A stretch of 64,000 nt of DNA from Octopus vulgaris (GCA_951406725.2 OX597815.1:65286001-65350000), one strand, 5' to 3'. Positions 40,598-55,235 are shown, counted from the first letter of the stretch. Translations and numbers: made by a program. The notes: generated from the letters alone by a model not told the origin.

Positions 40598-41116
40598 CCC
40601 ACCCCCACCACCAATACCACCCCCACCACCAATACCACCCCCACCCCCACCACCAATACCACCCCCACCACCAATACCACCCCCACCACCAATACCACCA
40701 CCAATACCACCCCCACCACCAATACCACCCCCACCACCAATACCACCCCCACCACCAATACCACCCCCACCACCAATACCACCCCCACCACCAATACCAC
40801 CCCCACCACCAATACCACCACCACCAATACCACCACCACCAATACCACCCCCACCACCAATACCACCCCCACCACCAATACCACCCCCACCACCACCAAT
40901 ACCACCCCCACCACCACCAATACCACCACCAATACCACCCCCACCACCACCACCACCACCACCACCACCACCACCACCACCACCAACCACCACCCCCACC
41001 ACCACCAATACCACCCCCACCACCACCAATACCACCCCCACCACCAATACCACCCCCACCACCAATACCACCCCCCACCAATACCACCCACCCCCACCGC
41101 CAATACCACCAATACC
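40598..41116 (+). repeat. Minisatellite, unit of about 18 bp (ccaccaccaataccaccc)
   Basis: Direct reading; G-rich on the minus strand. Confidence 0.95.
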
Positions 41117-41627
41117 GGTGAACACTGTTCTCACCATCTACACCGGATACTCCCTCCTCCTCCCCCACCACCCCTTCCTACCCCTTCTCCTCATATGCTT
41201 TCACTGAGAAAAGACAAGCTGCTAGCGTCTCAGCTCATCAACCGCCCTCTGATCTTACGCTTCCTCCTGTTTTGAATCTGACACTGCCTCAATCCTACTA
41301 TCTCCTTCCAGTCCCCTCCATGCCTCGTAATATCCTACGTTTTTATTTCTTACGAACCTGCACCAACCCTTCCTGCCATCGTTCCTCCTTACCCACCCAA
41401 CCTTCCCCACACCTACCCATATATATATATACACATCCTACGTTTATATTTCTTACGAACCTTCACCAACCCTTCCTGCCATCGTTCCTCCTCCCCCAAC
41501 CTTCCCCACTGGTGCTCCCCTATATTACCTGCACCCCTTTACTATCTCTCCCTCTCTTTTCACTGGTGAAACCTTTCTCAGCTGGACCCCCCCCAACTCA
41601 ACTCTACCCCGCATCCCGTTGCCCCCG

Positions 41628-41885
41628 TGTCCCTGGCACGTTAAAAGCTCGAACCGATCGTGACCGATGCCGGACCCCCCGGCCCCTGTGCAGGTGGCAC
41701 GTAAAAAGCACCCAATCCACTCACGGAGTGGTTGGCGTTAGGAAGGGCATCCAGCCGTAGAAACTCTGCCAGAATCAGACTGGAGCCTGGAGCGGCCCCT
41801 GGCTTCCCAGACCCCGGTCGAACCGTCCAACCCGTGCTAGCGCGGAAAACGGACGTTAAACGATGATGATGATGATGATGATGAT
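41628..41885 (+). mobile_element. RTE LINE 3' end with (GAT)n tail
   Basis: Matches 11824-12245 and 61361-61670. Confidence 0.87.
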
Positions 41886-41921
41886 ATATATGCATATATA
41901 TATATGCATATATATATTTAC

Positions 41922-41944
<23 letters not shown>

Positions 41945-41955
<11 letters not shown>

Positions 41956-42165
41956 TTGTGTGTCTGTGTTTGTCCCCCTAGCATTGCTTCACAACCGATG
42001 CTGGTGTGTTTATGTCCCCGTCACTTAGCGGTTCGGCAAAAGAGACCGATAGAATAAGTACTGGGCTTACAAAGAATAAGTCCCGGGGTCGATTTGCTCG
42101 ACTAAAGGCGGTGCTCCAACATGGCCGCAGTCAAATGACTGAAACAAGTAAAAGAGAGTAAAGAG
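41945..42165 (+). mobile_element. 3' half of family A SINE
   Basis: Matches 58050-58250. Confidence 0.83.
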
Positions 42166-43284
42166 AGATATACACACACATGGATATAAAGACAAATTAT
42201 ACATATTTTATGCTTTACTGGTAAATAAGCAATAAACCTCGTCTGCTGTAGCTGGACCAGGCGATGCATAACTTTTCATTCTGGTCAAAGAAACTCTGTA
42301 GTAAAGGACAGTCGCCCAGCCTAAATGTACCTAATACTATAAAAATATTCATTCCATCACCACCACCACCACCACCATCTTCTCCTCCTTCACTGCAACC
42401 ACCACCACCACTTTACTAACAATAATGAGCTATTGATTTTTATCAATAATTGAATCGAGATACATTCATCCATTGTTCTGCCATGTTGAATGAAATATTG
42501 AAAAACACATAGTTCTCTGTATACAACTCTTTTGTGCGGACTGTTTCATCATTATCTTCATTATCGTCATTGTTAAGAGCACCATCATCATTATTGTCGC
42601 CATCATCATTATTGTCGCCATCATCATTATTGTCACCATCATCATTGCATTCATCATCATCATCATAATCATCATCATCATTATCATCATCATCATCATC
42701 ATCATCATTATCATTATCATCAATCACCATCATTATCATCGCCATCATTATTGTCATCAACACCCTTATTATTGATTATTCTTATTAGACACAGGGTCTT
42801 TTTCTTTACATTATCTAACATCATGCCCTATACTGACATGAGCCGGATGGTTTCACAGGATCTGATGGGTACAAAGGGCCACATCATGCTCCAGTGTCTG
42901 CTTTGCTATGGTTTCTATAGCTTGATGCCCTTCCTCATATTAACAGGATGCTTTTCCTATGCCACTAGCTCTAGTCAGGTCACCATGCAACTTGCAAAAC
43001 AATGAACCCCAAGGGAAGGTTTGCCTTATAGTAGCAAATGAGAGGTTAAAGTATGAAAGAAGGGAACAGGGCAGAAGAGCTACATGGTTCCTTACATTTA
43101 GCAGAGTGTGTGAATGCATCAGTAGTTGTGATATATTTGAAAACTCCTTCAATTAATATTATTGCGTTCTTCATAGGGGAATGAGTAAATTTATTGTCAC
43201 TAGATTTGCTAAAAATGGCAGCTAAATTTCCATTAAATCATGCATTAATGCTTTAAAGAACGGGAAGGGCACATTAAAGTCGAT

Positions 43285-43957
43285 AATGTGGGCCCTGAAT
43301 ATAGAAGACATGTATACACTAGAGAGAAAAGAAGCTGGTATGCTCCACTTGATGTGCAATGTTCATGTGCATGTGCAACAGACTACTGGTGTATTGAAAA
43401 AGAAGTTGGGCATAAGAAGAATTATATACAGTGTGCAAGAGAGGAGACTGTGCTGGTTTGGTCATGTGATGCAGATGGATGAGCACAGTTGCGTAAAGAA
43501 GTGCTGATCTCTTAAAATGGAGGGAGGTAGTGGAAGAAGGAAACCCAGGAAGATATGGGATGAAGTATTGAAGGCTGATCTCAAAATGCTGAGTCTTATG
43601 AAGGAAATGACAAAGGACCAAGATATGTGGTGCACTGCTGTACTCAGGAAGATCTGTTCACTACAACAGAATTGATATCCAAAAACCAAGTGCCATGTGA
43701 AAAGCGTTGATGTGAGTGCTGGTGCCACATAAAAAGCATGGTGCCATGTAAAAAACACTGGTGATGGTGCCACATAGAAAGCAGCCAGTACACTCTGTAA
43801 AGTGGTTGGCATTAGGAAGGGCATCCAGCTGTAGAAACCAAACCAAAACAGACTACAGAACCTGGTGTGGCCACTAGTGTTGTCAGTTCCTGTCAAGCCG
43901 TCCAACCCATGGAAAACAGATGTTAACTGTTGATGACGATGATAATGATGATGATGA
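43285..43957 (+). mobile_element. 5'-truncated RTE LINE (ORF end plus 3'UTR)
   Basis: WALNIEDMYTLERKEAGML..VQERRLCWFGHVMQMDE..GRRKPRKIWDEV, then the standard RTE tail. Confidence 0.88.
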
Positions 43958-46741
43958 CAAGTTCTAGATAACCCTATTGTAAAAATTGTAAAGCTGTTAG
44001 GGTTAGAATACTTTTGGTCAGACTTTACTTGGGATTAATCATCAACAGCAGCAACAGTCTTACAAAAGCTAACCATAAAGTGTATAGTTGCTTGACTTGC
44101 TTGAAATAACGGCCTAATCTCTTATATACTATGCCTAACCATTTAAAAAAAGGAATAAGAGGACACATTAAATAATGTAGTCCTAGATATACTATGTCTG
44201 AAGAAGAAGATGGAATTGTTACAGCTTGAACACCTTTGATCATATATCTGCTCAATCAAGTTTGAGTAAGGGCTAAACTAAAATAACACTAATAATTGTA
44301 CCCGCACATCAATGACCATCACATAAACATTTGTTGTTGCTATTATCATCACTTGTCTTTTGCTGTTTTATGTTTTTCTTGTGTTTGCCTGAGTTAAGAA
44401 TAATTGCTTATTTATTTTACATGTGCAAATCCATATAATTGGACAAAGTGGATTTTCTAGGTTCACTCTGACACTTCATCATCACTTACATCAAATTCCA
44501 GCTCCACCCTTCTCCATCCTCTCTTCTAACATGTAGATAATCTTATCACTCCTCTACAACAAGAAATCCATCCTGCTCTGGCCCTCTCTCCCATACCTTA
44601 CCCTTCTCCACTCCTTATCCCCTTAGCATAAAAGTTGCCTCTCTCCACTCAGGATCCATAGTCTTGCAAGCTACATGGCAACCTCATAAATCCTGGTGCC
44701 ACAAAATATAAAAACACCCCATACATAAAGTGGTTGTCACTAAGAAGGGCATCCAGCTGTAGAAACTATGTCAAAGGAGACACTGGAGCACAATGCAGTC
44801 CTTAGGCCCATCAGATCCAGTCAGACTGTGCAACCCATGGAACACAAACATTAAACAGTAATGATGATGATGATGGTGGTGGTGGTGGTGGTGGTGGTGG
44901 TGGTGGTTTTGGTGGTGATGGTGGTGGTGGTGATGATGATGATGATGATTGTTAAATGGACAAATTGTGATGTTACCCATTGTAAATTGGACAGATTGTC
45001 AAATGGGCAAATTGTAAAATTAACAAATTGTGTCAACTTGTCTGTTATAAAAAGAGCAAATTCTAATTTTACCCATTGAAAATTTGCCTCCACATAATAT
45101 TAAGAGAATCTAGACCTGTAACTTCACAAACATAGTTAGAAAATATATAAACTTACCCTTTATTATTCAGTTAACACCTTATTTTACCTCAGACCTGCCT
45201 AGAATTACTCAAAACTTCCAGAATAACTTTATCTAGTTCATTGAGTTTGTTCGATTAATTAAACTACAAAAGTTTTAATGAGATTTTGGATAAAATTCTA
45301 AAATTAATTGTTTCTATTTTAAATGCTATTGTGATCTTATCTGTTCCATTGTCATGCAAAGTAGTGGTCTAAAGAATATTTTAAAATCAGAGGCAGTTGG
45401 TTTATGGGGAAGTGAAGTAGAGTGGATGGGAGAATATAGAATCTTCACCAACACCATCATCATCGTTATCATTGTTGTTGTCAAGATGCAATGATGCAAT
45501 GATGCCATTGTCATCATCATCATCACAACCACCATCATCATCATCATTATCATCATCATCATCATATTCTCGATCACTGACAGTATCACCACCACCACCA
45601 ACACCACCATCATCATCGTCATCATCATCATCATCATCACCAGGAATGCCTTTTGCATGAAGAACATATAGTAAAGCTGGGGAAAAAGTTAAATTAGAGA
45701 ATCACATAAAAATGATTAAATAATTATGATCAAACCCCAAATAACAACAACAAAAAATGGTTAGGTTTATTAATTAATTCTGGTGTAATAAGAAATGGGA
45801 GACAATTCCAAAAACCATCTTAATTCAAAATTGAAAGGGGCTGTATGACATGGTATATGTCTGATTTTTGGTGAGTAAGAGTGACAACTTTTGATATGCT
45901 TCAGTCTTATTAGGCCTCTTCAGCACAGTGCTATCATAACAATATTTATCAAATAATAAGAATACATCAAGTTGTTATTCATGAGTGAGTGTGGTTTAGC
46001 AACAAGTGCGATGTTTTTGATGATTGTTTTAATCACAAGCAACATACTCTCTTGTATTTACTTCCTGCCTCACTTTCAACTTAGTTTCAAGCATCTAGCA
46101 TGTGATAACAGAAAGGAGAGAGGGGTGCATATCTGTACCCAACTGGTACTCATTACAGCTGAAAAGACTAGAGAAGTGAGAAAGGAAGGCTCATGCTCCA
46201 GGACATAATGTGCAGCTCAGTCCAGAATTGAACTCTTGATTATATGATCATGAACCAAACACTGTAACCGTTAGATCACGTGCCTTTATAATGACTGAGA
46301 AATATAAAAAATTAAGCAGTGTTTTGCATTGCAAGTAGCTCTCTGTTTTCATTATTTTATTATTTTACTTTTGTTGCTCAGTACTACATCCTGCCTTCAA
46401 TTCAGATATTTTGTCTGGCAAGTCATTCGGTGACCTCACTGTTGCTAGTGCCATATAAAAAGCATCCAATACACTCTGCAAAGTGATTGGCATTAGGAAG
46501 GGCATCCAGAAACCATGCCAAAACAGACTGCAGGGATTGGTGCAAGTATTCCTGTGGAACTGTCTAACCCATGCCAACATCGAAAACAGACTTTGAATGA
46601 TGATGGTGGTGATGGTGGTGGTAATGCTTGTGGTGGTGGCGGCAGCTATGATGATGATGATGATGATGATGATGTTCATGATGTTCATGGTGGCGGTGGT
46701 GGTGTTAATATATATATATATATTTTATTTATAACTATATA

Positions 46742-48700
46742 AGAGTTATTTTTGAAGTTGAGTTGTTGAAGACGGAGTGTTTTTTGTGAGTAGAGCATTA
46801 ATTAATTGTTCGTTATTGCTGTTTGTTGATATTGTTAATTGTTGTTGTGTTATTTTTTCCCATTGAGGGAAAATGGAGAAAACACCAGCGGGTGGCCACA
46901 GTTATGCGGCCACAACTGGAAAAGGAGCTGAAGAGAAAACGCTGGAGACATTTGAAATCAAGAAAAATGTAGGCATGTGAAAAATGTAGGCATGTGAAAA
47001 GTTGCTGGAGAAGGATGGAGAGACATTAAAGTTGACGCCACCCACAGAGCTGACAAACAGCATAACGAGAAGAACAGTCACATATAAAACTATGAGAATT
47101 GCAACCAGAAAAATAGAGATTACAACAGTGGAGGAAATAGAAGTGTTAAAAAAATATTAAAAAGTTAGCAACTTTTATAGCAAGAGAAAGGAGGTGTGCC
47201 ACTGTGGATGTGCGCTTTGTGACAGAGGAGGAGGCAATCAAACATGCAACAGAGGCAATAAGATCGGAGGAGTGGGTACTTTTGCCGTCGTACAGCGGCA
47301 AACATGTGGCCAAAGTGCGAGTTGGCCAAGTACCCCCAGAACTAGAAGAGCATGGCTCATGACAGCCATAATGTTCAATATGAAAGATGGGGCCAAGATA
47401 CTGAAAGCCACAAGAACTAAAAAACTCAATTACTGGGGATATGGGATTGAACTCATTATCTAGGCAACAGTAGAAGATTTGAATAGGATTGCGGAGGAGA
47501 TAGTGCTACCTGACGACTTAAGATTAAGAAGGAAGGTAGAGGGCAGGCTGCCTGTATGTTTTGAATGTGGAAAGAAAGGCCACATGAAGGCGAGATGCCC
47601 ACAGAGAGTACAGAGGTAGAAGCAAGAAAGTATGGAACAGGTAGTACAGGTGGAGAAGGAACAGAAAACAGTGGAGGAGGGATTCACGATAGTGGAAATA
47701 AAAAGAAGGAGAAGTGGAAGAGTGAGCCTGCCGCCAGGTAACCAGAAAAAGAAGAAAGAAGAGGTGGGAAGGAAAGATGCGACCAGAAGGAAGGAAGACA
47801 AAAGGGTGGTGGAGAAAGAAAGTGAAAAAATAATTGGGAAGGTGTGCGAGAATGAGTTACAGAAGGAGGAAGCAGTGTTGAAGATGTCAGCTGATTTGGT
47901 GAAGGAGAAAGATTCAGGAGTGCAACTACATGAGGATGAAATAGAGAGATTGTTCACAGTAGAGACAGAGAAAGAAAAAGTTTCAGAAATAGAAGATGAG
48001 GGTGATCTAGAGACATTGTTAAGAGGAGAGACAGAAAAGGTAAAACCGTCAGAAATAGAAGTAGAAAGGAGAAAACCAAGAGGAGGAAAGGATAAATGGA
48101 ACTTTGTAACATATGCCAAAAACAAGGAGGTGGAAAGAAGAATTGTGAAATTTAAGCATATCATAAGAGTGAAGTTGCCCAGGAATGTATACTCAGAAAA
48201 AGTAAAGTCCATTGTGGTCAACAAAGAAACATACAATAGACTAGTAAACATGTGCTGAAACAAGATTGACCCACCCAGAGTATTTGTAGAGTTCGATGAA
48301 CTGCCACCTGTTGTTGAACTTAGAGATGTGGAGCCTTATAGGAGGCATTAAAAAGAAGGTGGGGGGGGGGGGGGAAGAAGAGAAAATAAAATTACTTTGT
48401 TAAAAGAAACAAAAAAAAAAGGGGAAAAGAAAGGAAAAAGTGTTTCGAAGGAAAAAGAGGGGGAAAAAATGATGATTAAGAAAAAATCAAGAGACAAAAT
48501 AGCAGGATTGTAATATAGTGTGTATAAACATTCAAATGGTACTGCATGAGGAGTAGGGCCCATGCTGCCATTTCCTTTTTCCATTTTTATATAATATTCA
48601 TCCTCATTCGTTTTATGTTTATCGTCCCCACTGTGGTGTTGTGTCTGTCCTTGTAGTGTCCCCCTCTGTGTTAGTGGCCATGGTGCCAAATAAAGAAACA
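46742..48700 (+). mobile_element. L1/Tx1-like retroelement carrying only a decayed gag-like ORF1 plus 3'UTR
   Basis: ATG 46873 (MEKTPAGGHSYAA), zinc knuckle VEGRLPVCFECGKKGHMKARC at 47557-47598, E/K-rich region, frame ends about 48351, AATAAA 48689. Confidence 0.68.
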
Positions 48701-48855
48701 GGTTGTGGTGGTGACAATGGCAGCAGCAGCTATGATAAAGATGATGATGATGGTGATAATGACAGTGGTAGTGGTCATTGTCGTTGTCGTTGTACTCATG
48801 GTGGTGTTTGTGGTGGTGGCTGTGGTGGTGGCCATGGTGGTGGTCATGGTGGTAA

Positions 48856-49092
48856 TTTCTTATTTCTTTATTGCCCACAAGGGGCTAAACACAGAAGGGA
48901 CAAACAAGGACAGACAAAGGGATGAAGTCAATTACATCGACCCCAGTGCATAACTGGTACTTAATTTATCGACCCTGTAAGGATGAAAGGCTATGTCGAC
49001 CTCGGCGGAATTTGAACTCAGAATGTAGTGGCAGATGAAATACTGCTAAGCATTTCACCCGGCGTGCTAATGATTCTGCCAGCTAACCACCT
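48856..49092 (-). mobile_element. Nin/Deu-domain SINE
   Basis: Homologous to 3916-4148. Confidence 0.86.
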
Positions 49093-50164
49093 TTGTAGTA
49101 GTTTCTATGATGATGATGATGATGATGATGATATTTCTCAATGCTTCAAAGCAAACTACAACACTCTTCTTTCAGAAACTACTTTATATTTACTCATTTC
49201 GTTTCGTTGATTCTGCGTATTTGCATTAATTGCTGTTGTTTAAACTCAGACCACCCTTGTTTAGTAGACCTAGGTTCAAAGACATTCCATCTATGACCAT
49301 CGTTTCTTTTATTTATTGATTGATCAGAGAAGATATTTGAAGTTTTCAACAGTGAAACATAATTGATACTTATTTAAACTGGGATAGGCAGAGAGAAAGA
49401 AAGGCAATGGAAAAGACAATGAAAAATGTGTCATGTCTATAAGTACAACATAAAACTTGTTGTGATCAAATCTGAATTTATAAACCTCAACATAACAATG
49501 AATAACCAACCTTTTGTGAGTTGATACAGAATGCAGCAGAAAAACTTCCCATATTTTATATATCAACAATAATGAATTTAGGAAGATTTTTCTGCCGCAC
49601 ACTACACAAAATAGTCTATTATTTTCTTTTGTGTACCTATGATTTCATTGTTGAATACACAGATGCACACACAAAGACATTTACACACACAAGCACACAC
49701 ATACACCCTCATATAAACGCACACACACTCATACACAAACATACATCCACTATACGAATTAAAGATCAAAAACATTACTAAACAAGTAAACAGGATCTTC
49801 TTGTTATTGTTGTTATTATTGTTATTGTTGTTATTGCTGTTTAGCCCTTAGCCATCACATGATCTAAAATCATTCTAACCATGGCAATCTTGTTGGCATT
49901 TTTATTTTTCAAATACAATGTGTTTATGATCACATTTTTTCCAAGTCTGGAAGGTGTAATTTGAAAGACATTTCACTGTTATTTTTAGCAGGCCAAGCAA
50001 AAACCTAATTGTTTTTGCTCTTTCTACCACCTCTCTCTCTCTCCCTCTTTCTTTGTCTCTTATTGGGTCATGAAAACAGGATACAGAAGTTGAAGGTAAA
50101 CTTTTACAGAGGTGAACTCCTTACATATGGCCAAATAGAATTCTTCTTTTTTCATAGTATAAAG

Positions 50165-50467
50165 ACCCATTTTGGTCATGAATGTCTATGGGATTGCACC
50201 TAGAAAGTTCCCATCAGAGGCACAAGTCCAGATAAGGTTGTTCATGGAAGACCAGTAGTCACCCATGCATACCAGCTTCTCCTCTCCATTCCACTGATGT
50301 TATCCAAGGGAAAGGCAAAGGCCAATACAGCTTGGCACCAATGACTTTGCAACTCATTTCTACTGCTGAGTGAACTGGAGCAACGTGAAATAAAGTGTCT
50401 TGCTCAAGAACACAACACACCACCTGGTCTAGGAATTGAACTCTAACCACTGAGCCATGCTCCTTCA
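50165..50467 (-). mobile_element. CORE-type SINE (family B), head partly deleted
   Basis: Homologous to 33208-33553. Confidence 0.83.
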
Positions 50468-50486
50468 AATATTGGATTAAATATAA

Positions 50487-50806
50487 TAGGAGCAGATGTG
50501 GCTGTGTGGTTAAAAAACTTGAATCTCAGACATATTGTCTCAAGTTCAGTCCCACATTTGGTAGATGGAAACATATATGTATGTGTGTGTGTGTGTGTTT
50601 GTGGGTACCCTTGTTTTGACATCATGTGATGGTTGTAAACATAAACATACAGGTGACATTGTTTGTTTTGTCATGGGGAAAAATACTTTACTTAGAAGCT
50701 GTCGCAGGAAGTGCTGCCAACCGTAGAATATCTGCCTCAGTGAATTCCATTTGAGCCATGCAAGCATGAAAAAGTTGGTGCTAAAATGTTGATGATGATG
50801 ATGATG
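50487..50806 (+). mobile_element. SINE with family A tRNA head and RTE-like (GAT)n tail, internally deleted
   Basis: aggagcagatgtggctgtgtggtt..agttcagtccca head; ccatgcaagcatgaaaaag..gatgatg tail. Confidence 0.65.
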
Positions 50807-50959
50807 AAGAAGAAGATTCGAGAATTATCAGCAAAAAATGGAAAGACACTCATGCACGTTCACACACACACACACGTGCACATGTGCATGCAAACTCACA
50901 CTCACACACACATGTGCGCACACTCACACACACATTGACATAGACTTTCATCACCATCA

Positions 50960-51490
50960 TCAGTCATCATTTAATGTATATGTTCCATGACAGCATGGGT
51001 TGGACATTCTACAGGATCTAGCAGGTTCATGGACTACATTGTGCTTCCCTGTCTTGGTATAGCTTTTATGGTTGAATGTCCTTCCTAATGGCAACCACTC
51101 TACAGAGTGCACTGGGTGCTTTTTTCATCACACCATCACTAACAGAGTCTGCCATGAACCGTGCAAGTCTATGAACTCTGAGAAAGGTGGTTTATAGTCT
51201 CACAAACTGCATGGCAGACCCACTAATGCTGATGGTCTATCATCATCATTCTTACATCTACTTTCCATGCTAGCATGGGTTGGACGTTTTGACTGAGCTC
51301 AATGAATCAGAGGACTTAGTCTTGCTCCAGTACTTCAGTTTTGATTTGGTTGCTCTTCCTTTGGCTGGATGCCCTCATTATGGCTGGATGCCCTTCCTAT
51401 TGTTGGATGTCCTTCCTAATGCCAACCATTTTACAGAGTGTACTGGGTGCTTTTATCATAACACCAGCACTAGTGAAGTCACTTTATAAC
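50960..51490 (-). mobile_element. Two adjacent old RTE-type 3' tails (about 50960-51150 and 51240-51490)
   Basis: Each contains ccatg..agcatgggttggac and cttcctaatg.caaccac. Confidence 0.72.
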
Positions 51491-52002
51491 TTGTAAGAAA
51501 GAAGGATCTGCTCAAGATAGAGTAGTTTCTTTAAAAAGGGTGTTGAGAAGTTAAAATATGATAGGAAGAGTAGGGGCAGGCTTATTGTTGTGGAGAAGCA
51601 TGGCTACTTGCACTGTATGTATGTATGTATGTATGTATGTATGTATGTATGTATGTATGTATTTATGTATGCATGTATGGACCATGGCCAATATGATCAC
51701 AGTCCAATTCCTTGGTTGTTTTCAGCCCATCATAGCAACCTCAGGACTTATTTTAGCCTGCTGCTTATTTCATTCATTGGTTAAGATGCCATTCTTGATA
51801 ACTAGCTGTATTGCATCAAATACATACACTAAAGAGGGACACAAACACACACACACACATTACAAACTGTGCTGCAGTATCAGTGATAGTGACAGTATCA
51901 ACAGTAGCAGCACAAGAAGGAGGAGGAGGAAAAGAAGTGGAAAGAGGTTAAGAAGAAGGAGAGAGAGAGAAGAAGAAGGAAGAGGAGGGGAAGAAGAAGA
52001 AG

Positions 52003-52034
<32 letters not shown>

Positions 52035-52289
52035 TTCAAGAACAAAATTAAAGGAGGGATTTCTTTATTTCTTTACAGAAGACATAAAATGGATGAGAAG
52101 GAGAGTGTGAGAGAAAGAGGAGGGTACTATAGTGGTGGTGGTTCTCTTTGCCTATATAAATGTATTAAAGTGTGGTTAACCTGTTCCTTTGAAGTTTAGA
52201 GCTTGATGTATTCTACCAGATCTGCTTCAATGGCCAATCAGGATTAAAAAATAACCACACCCCTTCTTGAATAAACACTTTGAAAGGAC

Positions 52290-52352
52290 TTGGTTACCAT
52301 GCTGTCACTACAATCACCACCACTGCTACCACTATTACTACTGCTGCTGCTG

Positions 52353-52410
<58 letters not shown>

Positions 52411-52620
52411 CACTACTTACACCACCACCAACAACACCACCACTGCCACTACAAGCACCACCACCACCACCATCACCACTGCCACCCCCCCTATTACCAC
52501 CCCCTCCACTGTCACCAATACTGTCACCAACACCACCTTTAACCATCATCTCTGCCATCATCAAAACCAATACCTCCACCTCCACCACTACTACAATTAG
52601 CATTACTACTGCTGCTGCTG

Positions 52621-52679
<59 letters not shown>

Positions 52680-52680
52680 C
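52290..52680. repeat. (TAC)n/(CAC)n trinucleotide repeats
   Basis: Direct reading. Confidence 0.93.
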
Positions 52681-53389
52681 TACTTCCCCTTTTCTTCTTT
52701 CTTCTTGGTTCCAGATTGTCACAAGAGACACTTAATTCTACCTACTTCAACATTCTTTTAAAATGTCAAGGAATGGAAGAATAGAAGTTCTAGGAAATAT
52801 AATTGCTATAGCTTTATATTTTATCCAGGTAAGAGTGCTAAAGAATTCCTCTGTCAGCCAATTAAAACTCCTGGAACTGAAGATACATACCAACTTTATG
52901 ACTCTCCCTCTTGACTCATTATCAATTTTGTCCAAAGATGTTCTTATAGAATCGAGTCAGAAATTATTTAATGTGTCAAAAATCATAATCTGTTCATGTG
53001 TATAAGTTTTAAGCACCAGATATTATGATTCGGTAAAAAAACATTTTATGCATATTCTCCCCTCTAGAGTCCATAATCTTCTGGTTTTTGACTTCAAATC
53101 TTTTTTTTTTCAGATTTATGCTTAAACAAGTTTGGAATATTTCAAAGAAGCACAATTTTAGGAGGTAAAACATAAATTTGAAAACAATTTTTCATAAGAA
53201 AGTTGAAGCTCAAAATTTACAGGAAAAAAATGTGAAAGGGCTAGCAAAAACATTCTCCCCATCATTATATTTATTTATATTTTTTCTTGAAAGAAAACAG
53301 AATAGAATCATAATGTATAATGCATAAACATACCATTTGAAGAAAAATACACATACTTTGGTGTGCACCAGATAATTTCTTACTCAATA

Positions 53390-54230
53390 GAAACATGAAA
53401 CTTCTGCTTTTCTTCTTTTCTTGCAGAGGTGAAATGTATGTAATAAGGTGAAATGTATGACCTATTTGATTTCCAAAGAAAACACATTGTTGGAGCACAG
53501 ATGGCTGGAGCTTCAGTCAGTAACAGTACTGAATTGTTTAATTTTTCAAAAAAGTACAGTGTTTAAAATCATGTTGGCATTCCAGGATGAGAAGGCAAAA
53601 TCAGCTCTGATATACATAATTCTGAAAAGAAGGCTAAGTGTACAGCAGACTGCAGAATAGTGAAATGTATTGTGTCTAAAAACCATTGAACTATGGCAGC
53701 AAAAGTAAAAACAAAGCTAAGCCACCATCTTGCCTACCAAAACTGTTTATCATAAGCTCTGTACCATGAAGTAGTGTGGGGTGTGTGTTTGCAACTATTA
53801 AATCTCCCCTGTCCTTCTTCTTCATAAGCATAAAAGATGGTGCCAAGACACAATGGAACAATGTCACCTTTTCAGATGAATCAGCATTCACCCTTTCCTT
53901 CACTTCAGGGTAGGTTTATGTCTGGAGAGAGCCAAAGAAGCCTTCAACCATGGGTATTTTCCCCCACTACTGTGAAGCATGGATGTGATTCTATGATAAT
54001 TTGGGCAGCCTTATCAGGGAATTCTCTTGGCCTTTAAGTTGTTCTACGTGGCAGAGTTAACACCAAGAATTGTCTGAGTATTTTGATTGATCATGTCCAT
54101 TCTGTGGTATAAACACTGTTCTCTGGTGGCAATGCAATCTTCTAGAATGACAACACACAACTCTCATGGCTTATACTATTTGAAATTGGTTTAAAAAGCA
54201 AAATCTATTGATACTAAGATATCTATGATC
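53390..54230 (+). mobile_element. Decayed Tc1-family transposase
   Basis: DLFDFQRKHIVGAQMAGASVS, FSDESAFT, TVKHGCDSMIIWAALS, HVHSVV. Confidence 0.8.
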
Positions 54231-55196
54231 TTATTTGTATTTTACTAAATGTATCTTACAAATGGGAGGACTATTTTGGAGAAATATGTTTGCTAAATTC
54301 TCTGTGTATGTTTACATATAGTGAAAGATGCATGGTTTTGGAGGGTTTTAACGCCTCTTTCATGCAAACAGGTACTTTTTATTTTATATATATATATATA
54401 TATATATCCCCATCCCACACCATCTCACCCCACCCCATCCTTTACACCCACTCCAACATACCCACCTCTATCCCAGCCTTGCCTTCCCCACTCTCGCCTC
54501 CCCCTCCTAACACCATCACACCACACCACACACCACTACACCTTATACCACCATACCACACAACACTTCACATCACAACACACCACCACGCACACGTCAA
54601 GATCACCAGCCCTCTTCCACACGCATATACAAACTCTTTTTCACATGCATGTGCACCTTCGTTTTGGGATCACCACTACTTTATTATCTCCCCTTCTCCC
54701 TAGCTCTCCTATGTGACCCCTCTGACCGGCAATCGCTATGATAGATCACTAGCCACTATATATATATGTATATATTTATGTGTATACGTATGTATGTATA
54801 TGTATATATGTATGTATATGTATATATGTATGTATATGTATATATGTATGTATATCTATAAGCCCCAACCAAATGATGCCAAACCATATCATCTTGCTAT
54901 CAAATAAAATCCATCTTCCATGTCTCTTAAAATTAAGTAGAATCCCATTGATGTCATTTTTCTGGCAAGTTGATCCCTATGAATTTACAATGCAGACCAT
55001 GAATGATGAGAAGCTCTCTCTCTCTCTCCATCATCCCTTAATGGCAATCTTACACTTTATACATTATTTTGCTTATTCCCTTTTCTCCTCACTTCCCTCT
55101 CTCTTTTTGGCCCTTTTTTTCTTGTCTATATTCATATCTGTGTATGTATACATTCCTGCACATACACACACACATGCACTTACCAAAATAGGTAAG

Positions 55197-55235
<39 letters not shown>

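Noticed and set aside
40501-41207. Long Pro-, Gly-, Trp- or His-rich ORFs in five frames
   Set aside because: Product of a stop-free minisatellite; not a collagen-, extensin- or reflectin-like gene.
42443-42763. Asp-rich ORF with a unique C-terminal tail on the minus strand
   Set aside because: Mostly (GAT)n; no recognisable domain or convincing splice sites.
44955-45090. Short ggacaaattgt-like tandem motifs, possibly a MITE
   Set aside because: No clear terminal inverted repeats or target-site duplication.
52750-52990. Weak resemblance to a hAT dimerisation motif on the minus strand (EEFFSTLTWIK)
   Set aside because: A single short motif with no TIR or TSD found; too weak to call.
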